A stretch of 64,000 nt of DNA, from NCBI GenBank assembly GCA_964016885.1, contig OZ024752.1:27652001-27716000 (forward strand), read 5' to 3'. This document shows positions 42,931-57,100 of the stretch, piece by piece. The DNA comes from Eledone cirrhosa. Lineage: Eukaryota. Under the pieces are notes generated by a model, which had not been told where the DNA came from, made no database searches, and saw nothing but the letters and a program-made list of their open reading frames with translations. The stretch's first letter is position 1. Each line of letters starts with the position of its first letter. Made by a program: the position numbers and the translations under genes.

Positions 42931-45900
42931 ACTAGTACCAACTTCGTCTATCAACACACAAACTGTGGAACAAGTACAAACTTCGTCTATCAACACACAC
43001 ACTGTGGAACTAGTACCAACTTCGTCTATCAACACACATACTGTGGAACTAGTACAAACTTCGTCTATCAACACACAAACTGTGGAACTAGTACCAACTT
43101 CGTCTATCAACACACAAACTGTGGAACTAGTACCAACTTCGTCTATAAACACACAAACTGTGGAACTAGTACCAACTTCGGCTATCAACACACAAACTGT
43201 GGAACTAGTACCAACTACGGCTATCAACACACACACTGTGGAACTAGTACCAACTTTGTCTATCAACACACAAACTGTGGATCTAGTACCAACTTCGGTT
43301 ATCAACACACAATGTGTGGAACTAGTACCAACTTCGGCTATCAACACACAAACTGTGGAACTAGTACCAACTTCGGTTATCAACACACAATTTGTGAAAC
43401 TAGTACCAACTTCGGCTATCAACACACAAACTGCGGAACAAGTACCAACTTCGTCTATCAACACACAAACTGTGGAACTAGTTCCAACTTCGGCTATCAA
43501 CACACAAACTGTGGAACTAGTAGCAACTTCGGCTATCAACACACAAACTGTGGAACTAGTACAAACTTCGGCTATCAACACACAAACTGTGGAACTAGTA
43601 CCAACTACGGCTATCAACACACAAACTGTGGAACTAGTACCAACTTCGGCTATCAACACACAAACTGTGGAACTAGTACCAACTGCGGCTATCAACACAC
43701 AATCTGTGGAACTAATACCAACTTCGGCTATCAACACACAAACTGTGGAACTAGTACCAACTTCGGCTATCAACACACAAACTGTGGAACTAGTACCAAC
43801 TTCGGCTATCAACACACAAACTGTGGAACTAGTACCAACTTCGTCTATCAACACACAAACTATGGAACTAGTACCAACTTCGGTTATCAACACAATCTGT
43901 CGAACTAGTACCAACTTCGGCTATCAACACACAAACTGTGGAACTAGTACAAACTTCGTCTATCAACACACAAACTGTGGAATTAGTACCAACTTCGTCT
44001 ATCAACACACAAACTGTGGAACTAGTACCAACTTCTTCTATCAACACACAAACTGTGGAACTAGTACCAACTTCGGCTATCAACACACAAACTGTGGAAC
44101 TAGTACAAACTTCGTCTATCAAGACACAAACTGTGGAACTAGTACAAACTTCGTCTATCAACACACAAACTGTGGAACTAGTACCAACTTCGTCTATCAA
44201 CACACAAACTGTGGAACTAGTACAAACTTCGTCTATCAACACACACACTGTGGAACTAGTACCAACTTCGTCTATCAACACACATACTGTGGAAGTAGTA
44301 CAAACTTCGTCTATCAACACACAAACTGTGGAACTAATACCAACTTCGTCTATCAACACACAAACTGTGGAACTAGTACCAACTTTGTCTATAAACACAC
44401 AAACTGTGGAACTAGTACCAACCTCTTCTATCAACACACAAACTGTGGAACTAGTACCAACTTCGTCTATCAAGACACAAACTGTGGAACTAGTACAAAC
44501 TTCGTCTATCAACACACAATCTGTGGAACTAGTACCAACTTCGTCTATCAACACACAAACTGTGGAACTAGTACAAGCTTCGTCTATCAACACACACACT
44601 GTGGAAGTAGTACCAACTTCGTCTATCAACACACATACTGTGGAACTAGTACAAACTTCGTCTATCAACACACAAACTGTGAAACTAGTACCAACTTCGT
44701 CTATCAACACACAAACTGTGGAACTAGTACCAACTTCGTCTATAAACACACAAACTGTGGAACTAGTACCAACTTCGGCTATCAACACACAAACTGTGGA
44801 ACTAGTACCAACTACGGCTATCAACACACACACTGTGGAACTAGTAGCAACTTTGTCTATCAACACACAAACTGTGGAACTAGTACCAACTTCGGTTATC
44901 AACACACAATGTGTGGAACTAGTACCAACTTCGGCTATCAACACACAAACTGTGGAACTAGTACCAACTTCGGTTATCAACACACAATTTGTGGAACTAG
45001 TACCAACTTCGGCTATCAACACACAAACTGTGGAACTAGTACCAACTTCGTCTATCAACACACAAACTGTGGAACTAGTTACAACTTCGGCTATCAACAC
45101 ACAAACTGTGGAACTAGTAGCAATTGGGCTATCAACACACAAACTGTGGAACTAGTACCAACTTCGGCTATCAACACACAAACTGTGGAACTAGTATCAA
45201 CTTCGGCTATCAACACACAATCTGTGGAACTAGTACCAACTTCCGCTATCAACACACAAACTGTGGAACTAGTACCAACTTCGGCTATCAACACACAAAC
45301 TGTGGAACTAGTACCAACTACGGCTATCAACACACAAACTGTGGAACTAGTACCAACTTCGGCTATCAACACACAAACTGTGGAACTAGTACCAACTACG
45401 GCTATCAACACACAAACTGTGGAACTAGTACCAACTTCGGCTATCAACACACAATCTGTGGAACTAGTACCAACTTCCGCTATCAACACACAAACTGTGG
45501 AACTAGTACCAACTTCGGCTATCAACACACAAACTGTGGAACTAGTACCAACTTCGGCTATCAACACACAATCTGTGGAACTAGTACCAACTACGGCTAT
45601 CAACACACAAACTGTGGAACTAGTTCCAACTTCGGCTATCAACACACAAACTGTGGAACTAGTACCAACTTCGGCTATCAACACACAAACTGTGGAACTA
45701 GTACCAACTTCGGCTATCAACACACAAACTGTGGAACTAGTACCAACTTCGGCTATCAACACACAATCTGTGCAACTAGTACCAACTTCGGCTATCAACA
45801 CACAAACCGTGGAACTAGTACCAACTGCGGCTATCAACACACAATCTGTGGAACTAATACCAACTTCGGCTATCAACACACAAACTGTGGAACTAGTACC

Positions 45901-48139
45901 AACTTCGGCTATCAACACACAAACTGTGGAACTAGTACCAACTTCGGCTATCAACACACAAACTGTGGAACTAGTACCAACTGCGGCTATCAACACACAA
46001 ACTGTGGAACTAGTACCAACTGCGGCTATCAACACACAATCTGTGGAACTAGTACCAACTTCGGCTATCAACACACAAACTGTGGAACTAGTACCAAACT
46101 TCGGCTATCAACACACAAACTGTGGAACTAGTACCAACTTCGGCTATCAACACACAAACTGTGGAACTAGTACCAACTTCGGCTATCAACACACAAACTG
46201 TGGAACTAGTACCAACTTCGTCTATCAACACACAAATTGTGGAACTAGTACAAACTTCGTCTATCAACACACAAACTGTGGAACTAGTACCAACATCGTC
46301 TATCAACACACAAACTGTGGAACTAGTACCAACTTCGGTTATCAACACAATCTGTCGAACTAGTACCAACTTCGGCTATCAACACACAAACTGTGGAACT
46401 AGTACAAACTTCGTCTATCAAGACACAAACTGTGGAACTAGTACAAACTTCGTCTATCAACACACAAACTGTGGAACTAGTACCAACTTCGTCTATCAAC
46501 ACACAAACTGTGGAACAAGTACAAACTTCGTCTATCAACACACACACTGTGGAACTAGTACCAACTTCGTCTATCAACACACATACTGTGGAACTAGTAC
46601 AAACTTCGTCTATCAACACACAAACTGTGGAACTAGTACCAACTTCGTCTATCAACACACAAACTGTGGAACTAGTACCAACTTCGTCTATAAACACACA
46701 AACTGTGGAACTAGTACCAACTTCGGCTATCAACACACAAACTGTGGAACTAGTACCAACTACGGCTATCAACACACACACTGTGGAACTAGTACCAACT
46801 TTGTCTATCAACACACAAACTGTGGAACTAGTACCAACTTCGGTTATCAACACACAATGTGTGGAACTAGTACCAACTTCGGCTATCAACACACAAACTG
46901 TGGAACTAGTACCAACTTCGGTTATCAACACACAATTTGTGGAACTAGTACCAACTTCGGCTATCAACACACAAACTGTGGAACTAGTACCAACTGCGGC
47001 TATCAACACACAAACTGTGGAACTAGTACCAACTGCGGCTATCAACACACAATCTGTGGAACTAGTACCAACTTCGGCTATCAACACACAAACTGTGGAA
47101 CTAGTACCAACTTCGGCTATCAACACACAAACTGTGGAACTAGTACCAACTTCGGCTATCAACACACAAACTGTGGAACTAGTACCAACTTCGGCTATCA
47201 ACACACAAACTGTGGAACTAGTACCAACTTCGTCTATCAACACACAAACTGTGGAACTAGTACAAACTTCGTCTATCAACACACAAACTGTGGAACTAGT
47301 ACCAACTTCGTCTATCAACACACAAACTGTGGAACTAGTACCAACTTCGGTTATCAACACAATCTGTCGAACTAGTACCAACTTCGGCTATCAACACACA
47401 AACTGTGGAACTAGTTCCAACTTCGGCTATCAACACACAAACTGTGGACCTAGTACCAACTTCGGCTATCAACACACAATCTGTGGAACTAGTACAAACT
47501 TCGGCTATCAACACACAAACTGTGGAACTAGTACCAACTTCGGCTATCAACACAAAATCTGTGGAACTAGTACCAACTACGGCTATCAACACACAACCTG
47601 TGGAACTAGTTCCAAGTTCGGCTATCAACACACAAACTGTGGATCTAGTAGCAACTTCGGCTATCAACACACAAACTGTGGAACTAGTACCAACTTCGGC
47701 TATCAACACACAATCTGTGGAACTAGTACAAACTTCGGCTATCAACACACAAACTGTGGAACTAGTACCAACTTCGGCTATCAACACACAATCTGTGGAA
47801 CTAGTACCAACTTCCGCTATCAACACACAAACTGTGGAACTAGTACCAACTACGGCTATCAACACACAAACTGTGGAACTAGTACCAACTTCGGCTATCA
47901 ACACACAAACTGTGGAACTAGTAGCAACTTCGGCTATCAACACACAAACTGTGGAACTAGTTCCAACTTCGGCTATCAACACACAAACTGTGGAACTAGT
48001 AGCAACTTCGGCTATCAACACACAAACTGTGGAACTAGTACAAACTTCGGCTATCAACACACAAACTGTGGAACTAGTACCAACTACGGCTATCAACACA
48101 CAAACTGTGGAACTAGTACCAACTGCGGCTATCGACACA

Positions 48140-51100
48140 CAATCTGTGGAACTAATACCAATTTCGGCTATCAACACACAAACTGTGGAACTAGTACCAA
48201 CTTCGGCTATCAACACACAAACTGTGGAACTAGTACCAACTTCGGCTATCAACACACAAACTGTGGAACTAGTACCAACTTCGGCTATCTACACACAAAC
48301 TGTGGAACTAGTACCAACTTCGGCTATCAACACACAAACTGTGGAACTAGTACCAACTTCGTCTATCAACACACAAACTGTGGAACTAGTACAAACTTCG
48401 TCTATCAACACACAAACTGTGGAACTAGTACCAACTTCGTCTATCAACACACAAACTGTGGAACTAGTACCAACTTCGGTTATCAACACAATCTGTCGAA
48501 CTAGTACCAACTTCGGCTATCAACACACAAACTGTGGAACTAGTACAAACTTCGTCTATCAACACACAAACTGTGGAACTAGTACCAACTTCGTCTATCA
48601 ACACACAAACTGTGGAACTAGTACCAACTTCTTCTATCAACACACAAACTGTGGAACTAGTACCAACTTCGGCTATCAACACACAAACTGTGGAACTAGT
48701 ACAAACTTCGTCTATCAAGACACAAACTGTGGAACTAGTACAAACTTCGTCTATCAACACACAAACTGTGGAACTAGTACCAACTTCGTCTATCAACACA
48801 CAAACTGTGGAACAAGTACAAACTTCGTCTATCAACACACACACTGTGGAACTAGTACCAACTTCGTCTATCAACACACATACTGTGGAACTAGTACAAA
48901 CTTCGTCTATCAACACACAAACTGTGGAACTAGTACCAACTTCGTCTATCAACACACAAACTGTGGAACTAGTACCAACTTCGTCTATAAACACACAAAC
49001 TGTGGAACTAGTACCAACTTCGGCTATCAACACACAAACTGTGGAACTAGTACCAACTACGGCTATCAACACACACACTGTGGAACTAGTACCAACTTTG
49101 TCTATCAACACACAAACTGTGGAACTAGTACCAACTTCGGTTATCAACACACAATGTGTGGAACTAGTACCAACTTCGGCTATCAACACACAAACTGTGG
49201 AACTAGTACCAACTTCGGTTATCAACACACAATTTGTGGAACTAGTACCAACTTCGGCTATCAACACACAAACTGTGGAACTAGTACCAACTTCGGCTAT
49301 CAACACACAAACTGTGGAACTAGTACCAACTGCGGCTATCAACACACAATCTGTGGAACTAATACCAACTTCGGCTATCAACACACAAACTGTGGAACTA
49401 GTACCAACTTCGGCTATCAACACACAAACTGTGGAACTAGTACCAACTTCGGCTATCAACACACAAACTGTGGAACTAGTACCAACTTCGTCTATCAACA
49501 CACAAACTGTGGAACTAGTACCAACTTCGGTTATCAACACAATCTGTCGAACTAGTACCAACTTCGGTTATCAACACAATCTGTCGAACTAGTAACAACT
49601 ACGGCTATCAACACACACACTGTGGAACTAGTACAAACTTCGTCTATCAACACACAAACTGTGGAATTAGTACCAAATTCGTCTATCAACACACAAACTG
49701 TGGAACTAGTACCAACTTCTTCTATCAACACACAAACTGTGGAACTAGTACCAACTTCGTCTATCAACACACATACTGTGGAAGTAGTACAAACTTCGTC
49801 TATCAACACACACACTGTGGAACTAGTACCAACTTCGTCTATCAACACACATACTGTGGAAGTAGTACAAACTTCGTCTATCAACACACAAACTGTGGAA
49901 CTAATACCAACTTCGTCTATCAACACACAAACTGTGGAACTAGTACCAACTTCGTCTATAAACACACAAACTGTGGAACTAGTACCAACTTCGTCTATCA
50001 ACACACAAACTGTGGAACTAGTACCAACTTCGTCTATCAACACACAATCTGTGGAACTAGTACAAACTTCGTCTCTCAACACACAAACTGTGGAACTAGT
50101 ACCAACTTCGGCTATCAACACACAAACTGTGGAACTAGTACCAACTACGGCTATCAACACACAAACTGTGGAACTAGTACCAACTTTGTCTATCAACACA
50201 CAAACTGTGGAACTAGTACCAACTTCGGTTATCAACACACAATGTGTGGAACTAGTACCAACTTCGGCTATCAACACACAAACTGTGGAACTAGTACCAA
50301 CTTCGGTTATCAACACACAATTTGTGGAACTAGTACCAACTTCGGCTATCAACACACAAACTTTGGAACTAGTACCACTTCGTCTATCAACACACAAACT
50401 GTCGAACTAGTTCCAACTTCGGCTATCAACACACAAACTGTGGAAATAGTACCAACTTCGGCTATCAACACACAAACTGTGGAACTAGTACAAACTTCGG
50501 CTATCAACACACAAACTGTGGAACTAGTACCAACTACGGCTATCAACACACAAACTGTGGAACTAGTTCCAACTTCGGCTATCAACACACAAACTGTGGA
50601 ACTAGTACCAACTTCGGCTATCAACACACAAACTGTGGAACTAGTACCAACTTCGGCTATCAACACACCAACTGTAGAACTAGTAGCAACTTAGGCTATC
50701 AACACACAAACTGTGGAACTAGTACAAACTTCGGCTATAGACACACAATCTGTGGAACTAGTACAAACTTCGGCTATCAACACACAATCTGTGGAACTAA
50801 TACCAATTTCGGCTATCAACACACAAACTGTGGAACTAGTACCAACTTCGGCTATCAACACACAAACTGTGGAACTAGTACCAACTTCGGCTATCAACAC
50901 ACAAACTGTGGAACTAGTACCAACTGCGGCTATCAACACACAAACTGTGGAACTAGTACCAACTGCGGCTATCAACACACAATCTGTGGAACTAGTACCA
51001 ACTTCGGCTATCAACACACAAACTGTGGAACTAGTACCAACTTCGGCTATCAACACACAAACTGTGGAACTAGTACCAACTTCGGCTATCTACACACAAA

Positions 51101-54100
51101 CTGTGGAACTAGTACCAACTTCGGCTATCAACACACAAACTGTGGAACTAGTACCAACTTCGTCTATCAACACACAAACTGTGGAACTAGTACAAACTTC
51201 GTCTATCAACACACAAACTGTGGAACTAGTACCAACTTCGTCTATCAACACACAAACTGTGGAACTAGTACCAACTTCGGTTATCAACACAATCTGTCGA
51301 ACTAGTACCAACTTCAGCTATCAACACACAAACTGTGGAACTAGTACAAACTTCGTCTATCAACACACAAACTGTGGAACTAGTACCAACTTCGTCTATC
51401 AACACACAAACTGTGGAACTAGTACCAACTTCTTCTATCAACACACAAACTGTGGAACTAGTACCAACTTCGGCTATCAACACACAAACTGTGGAACTAG
51501 TACAAACTTCGTCTATCAAGACACAAACTGTGGAACTAGTACAAACTTCGTCTATCAACACACAAACTGTGGAACTAGTACCAACTTCGTCTATCAACAC
51601 ACAAACTGTGGAACAAGTACAAACTTCGTCTATCAACACACACACTGTGGAACTAGTACCAACTTCGTCTATCAACACACATACTGTGGAACTAGTACCA
51701 ACTTCGTCTATAAACACACAAACTGTGGAACTAGTACCAACTTCGGCTATCAACACACAAACTGTGGAACTAGTACCAACTACGGCTATCAACACACACA
51801 CTGTGGAACTAGTACCAACTTTGTCTATCAACACACAAACTGTGGAACTAGTACCAACTTCGGTTATCAACACACAATGTGTGGAACTAGTACCAACTTC
51901 GGCTATCAACACACAAACTGTGGAACTAGTACCAACTTCGGTTATCAACACACAATTTGTGGAACTAGTACCAACTTCGGCTATCAACACACAAACTGCG
52001 GAACTAGTACCAACTTCGTCAATCAACACACAAACTGTGGAACTAGTTCCAACTTCGGCTATCAACACACAAACTGTGGAACTAGTAGCAACTTCGGCTA
52101 TCAACACACAAACTGTGGAACTAGTACAAACTTCGGGTATCAACACACAAACTGTGGAACTAGTACCAACTTCGGCTATCAACACACAAACTGTGGAACT
52201 AGTACCAACTTCGGCTATCAACACACAAACTGTGGAACTAGTACCAACTTCGTCTATCAACACACAAACTGTGGAACTAGTACCAACTTCGTCTATCAAC
52301 ACACAAACTGTGGAACTAGTACCAACTTCGTCTATCAACACACAAACTGTGGAACTAGTACCAACTTCGTCTATAAACACACAAACTGTGGAACTAGTAC
52401 CAACTTCGGCTATCAACACACAAACTGTGGAACTAGTACCAACTACGGCTATCAACACACACACTGTGGAACTAGTACCAACTTTGTCTATCAACACACA
52501 AACTGTGGAACTAGTACCAACTTCGGTTATCAACACACAATGTGTGGAACTAGTACCAACTTCGGCTATCAACACACAAACTGTGGAACTAGTACCAACT
52601 TCGGTTATCAACACACAATTTGTGGAACTAGTACCAACTTCGGCTATCAACACACAAACTGTGGAACTAGTACCAACTGCGGCTATCAACACACAAACTG
52701 TGGAACTAGTACCAACTGCGGCTATCAACACACAATCTGTGGAACTAGTACCAACTTCGGCTATCAACACACAAACTGTGGAACTAGTACCAACTTCGGC
52801 TATCAACACACAAACTGTGGAACTAGTACCAACTTCGGCTATCAACACACAAACTGTGGAACTAGTACCAACTTCGGCTATCAACACACAAACTGTGGAA
52901 CTAGTACAAACTTCGTCTATCAACACACAAACTGTGGAACTAGTACAAACTTCGTCTATCAACACACAAACTGTGGAACTAGTACCAACTTCGTCTATCA
53001 ACACACAAACTGTGGAACTAGTACCAACTTCGGTTATCAACACAATCTGTCGAACTAGTACCAACTTCGGCTATCAACACACAAACTGTGGAACTAGTTC
53101 CAACTTCGGCTATCAACACACAAACTGTGGACCTAGTACCAACTTCGGCTATCAACACACAATCTGTGGAACTAGTACAAACTTCGGCTATCAACACACA
53201 AACTGTGGAACTAGTACCAACTTCGGCTATCAACACACAATCTGTGGAACTAGTACCAACTACGGCTATCAACACACAAACTGTGGAACTAGTTCCAAGT
53301 TCGGCTATCAACACACAAACTGTGGAACTAGTAGCAACTTCGGCTATCAACACACAAACTGTGGAACTAGTACCAACTTCGGCTATCAACACACAATCTG
53401 TGGAACTAGTACAAACTTCGGCTATCAACACACAAACTGTGGAACTAGTACCAACTTCGGCTATCAACACACAATCTGTGGAACTAGTACCAACTTCCGC
53501 TATCAACACACAAACTGTGGAACTAGTACCAACTACGGCTATCAACACACAAACTGTGGAACTAGTACCAACTTCGGCTATCAACACACAAACTGTGGAA
53601 CTAGTAGCAACTTCGGCTATCAACACACAAACTGTGGAACTAGTTCCAACTTCGGCTATCAACACACAATCTGTGGAACTAATACCAATTTCGGCTATCA
53701 ACACACAAACTGTGGAACTAGTACCAACTTCGGCTATCAACACACAAACTGTGGAACTAGTACCAACTTCGGCTATCAACACACAAACTGTGGAACTAGT
53801 ACCAACTTCGGCTATCTACACACAAACTGTGGAACTAGTACCAACTTCGGCTATCAACACACAAACTGTGGAACTAGTACCAACTTCGTCTATCAACACA
53901 CAAACTGTGGAACTAGTACAAACTTCGTCTATCAACACACAAACTGTGGAACTAGTACCAACTTCGTCTATCAACACACAAACTGTGGAACTAGTACCAA
54001 CTTCGGTTATCAACACAATCTGTCGAACTAGTACCAACTTCGGCTATCAACACACAAACTGTGGAACTAGTACAAACTTCGTCTATCAACACACAAACTG

Positions 54101-57100
54101 TGGAACTAGTACCAACTTCGTCTATCAACACACAAACTGTGGAACTAGTACCAACTTCTTCTATCAACACACAAACTGTGGAACTAGTACCAACTTCGGC
54201 TATCAACACACAAACTGTGGAACTAGTACAAACTTCGTCTATCAAGACACAAACTGTGGAACTAGTACAAACTTCGTCTATCAACACACAAACTGTGGAA
54301 CTAGTACCAACTTCGTCTATCAACACACAAACTGTGGAACAAGTACAAACTTCGTCTATCAACACACACACTGTGGAACTAGTACCAACTTCGTCTATCA
54401 ACACACATACTGTGGAACTAGTACAAACTTCGTCTATCAACACACAAACTGTGGAACTAGTACCAACTTCGTCTATCAACACACAAACTGTGGAACTAGT
54501 ACCAACTTCGTCTATAAACACACAAACTGTGGAACTAGTACCAACTTCGGCTATCAACACACAAACTGTGGAACTAGTACCAACTACGGCTATCAACACA
54601 CACACTGTGGAACTAGTACCAACTTTGTCTATCAACACACAAACTGTGGAACTAGTACCAACTTCGGTTATCAACACACAATGTGTGGAACTAGTACCAA
54701 CTTCGGCTATCAACACACAAACTGTGGAACTAGTACCAACTTCGGTTATCAACACACAATTTGTGGAACTAGTACCAACTTCGGCTATCAACACACAAAC
54801 TGTGGAACTAGTACCAACTTCGGCTATCAACACACAAACTGTGGAACTAGTACCAACTGCGGCTATCAACACACAATCTGTGGAACTAATACCAACTTCG
54901 GCTATCAACACACAAACTGTGGAACTAGTACCAACTTCGGCTATCAACACACAAACTGTGGAACTAGTACCAACTTCGGCTATCAACACACAAACTGTGG
55001 AACTAGTACCAACTACGGCTATCAACACACAAACTGTGGAACTAGTACCAACTTCGGCTATCAACACACAAACTGTGGAACTAGTACCAACTGCGGCTAT
55101 CAACACACAATCTGTGGAACTAATACCAACTTCGGCTATCAACACACAAACTGTGGAACTAGTACCAACTTCGGCTATCAACACACAAACTGTGGAACTA
55201 GTACCAACTTCGGCTATCAACACACAAACTGTGGAACTAGTACCAACTTCGTCTATCAACACACAAACTGTGGAACTAGTACCAACTTCGTCTATCAACA
55301 CACAAACTGTGGAACTAGTACCAACTTCGTCTATCAACACACAAACTGTGGAACTAGTACCAACTTCGTCTATAAACACACAAACTGTGGAACTAGTACC
55401 AACTTCGGCTATCAACACACAAACTGTGGAACTAGTACCAACTACGGCTATCAACACACACACTGTGGAACTAGTACCAACTTTGTCTATCAACACACAA
55501 ACTGTGGAACTAGTACCAACTTCGGTTATCAACACACAATGTGTGGAACTAGTACCAACTTCGGCTATCAACACACAAACTGTGGAACTAGTACCAACTT
55601 CGGTTATCAACACACAATTTGTGGAACTAGTACCAACTTCGGCTATCAACACACAAACTGTGGAACTAGTACCAACTGCGGCTATCAACACACAAACTGT
55701 GGAACTAGTACCAACTGCGGCTATCAACACACAATCTGTGGAACTAGTACCAACTTCGGCTATCAACACACAAACTGTGGAACTAGTACCAACTTCGGCT
55801 ATCAACACACAAACTGTGGAACTAGTACCAACTTCGGCTATCAACACACAAACTGTGGAACTAGTACCAACTTCGGCTATCAACACACAAACTGTGGAAC
55901 TAGTACCAACTTCGTCTATCAACACACAAACTGTGGAACTAGTACAAACTTCGTCTATCAACACACAAACTGTGGAACTAGTACCAACTTCGTCTATCAA
56001 CACACAAACTGTGGAACTAGTACCAACTTCGGTTATCAACACAATCTGTCGAACTAGTACCAACTTCGGCTATCAACACACAAACTGTGGAACTAGTTCC
56101 AACTTCGGCTATCAACACACAAACTGTGGACCTAGTACCAACTTCGGCTATCAACACACAATCTGTGGAACTAGTACAAACTTCGGCTATCAACACACAA
56201 ACTGTGGAACTAGTACCAACTTCGGCTATCAACACACAATCTGTGGAACTAGTACCAACTACGGCTATCAACACACAAACTGTGGAACTAGTTCCAAGTT
56301 CGGCTATCAACACACAAACTGTGGAACTAGTAGCAACTTCGGCTATCAACACACAAACTGTGGAACTAGTACCAACTTCGGCTATCAACACACAATCTGT
56401 GGAACTAGTACAAACTTCGGCTATCAACACACAAACTGTGGAACTAGTACCAACTTCGGCTATCAACACACAATCTGTGGAACTAGTACCAACTTCGGCT
56501 ATCAACACACAATCTGTGGAACTAGTACAAACTTCGGCTATCAACACACAAACTGTGGAACTAGTACCAACTTCGGCTATCAACACACAATCTGTGGAAC
56601 TAGTACCAACTTCCGCTATCAACACACAAACTGTGGAACTAGTACCAACTTCCGCTATCAACACACAAACTGTGGAACTAGTACCAACTTCGGCTATCAA
56701 CACACAAACTGTGGAACTAGTAGCAACTTCGGCTATCAACACACAAACTGTGGAACTAGTTCCAACTTCGGCTATCAACACACAATCTGTGGAACTAATA
56801 CCAATTTCGGCTATCAACACACAAACTGTGGAACTAGTACCAACTTCGGCTATCAACACACAAACTGTGGAACTAGTACCAACTTCGGCTATCAACACAC
56901 AAACTGTGGAACTAGTACCAACTTCGGCTATCTACACACAAACTGTGGAACTAGTACCAACTTCGGCTATCAACACACAAACTGTGGAACTAGTACCAAC
57001 TTCGTCTATCAACACACAAACTGTGGAACTAGTACAAACTTCGTCTATCAACACACAAACTGTGGAACTAGTACCAACTTCGGTTATCAACACAATCTGT

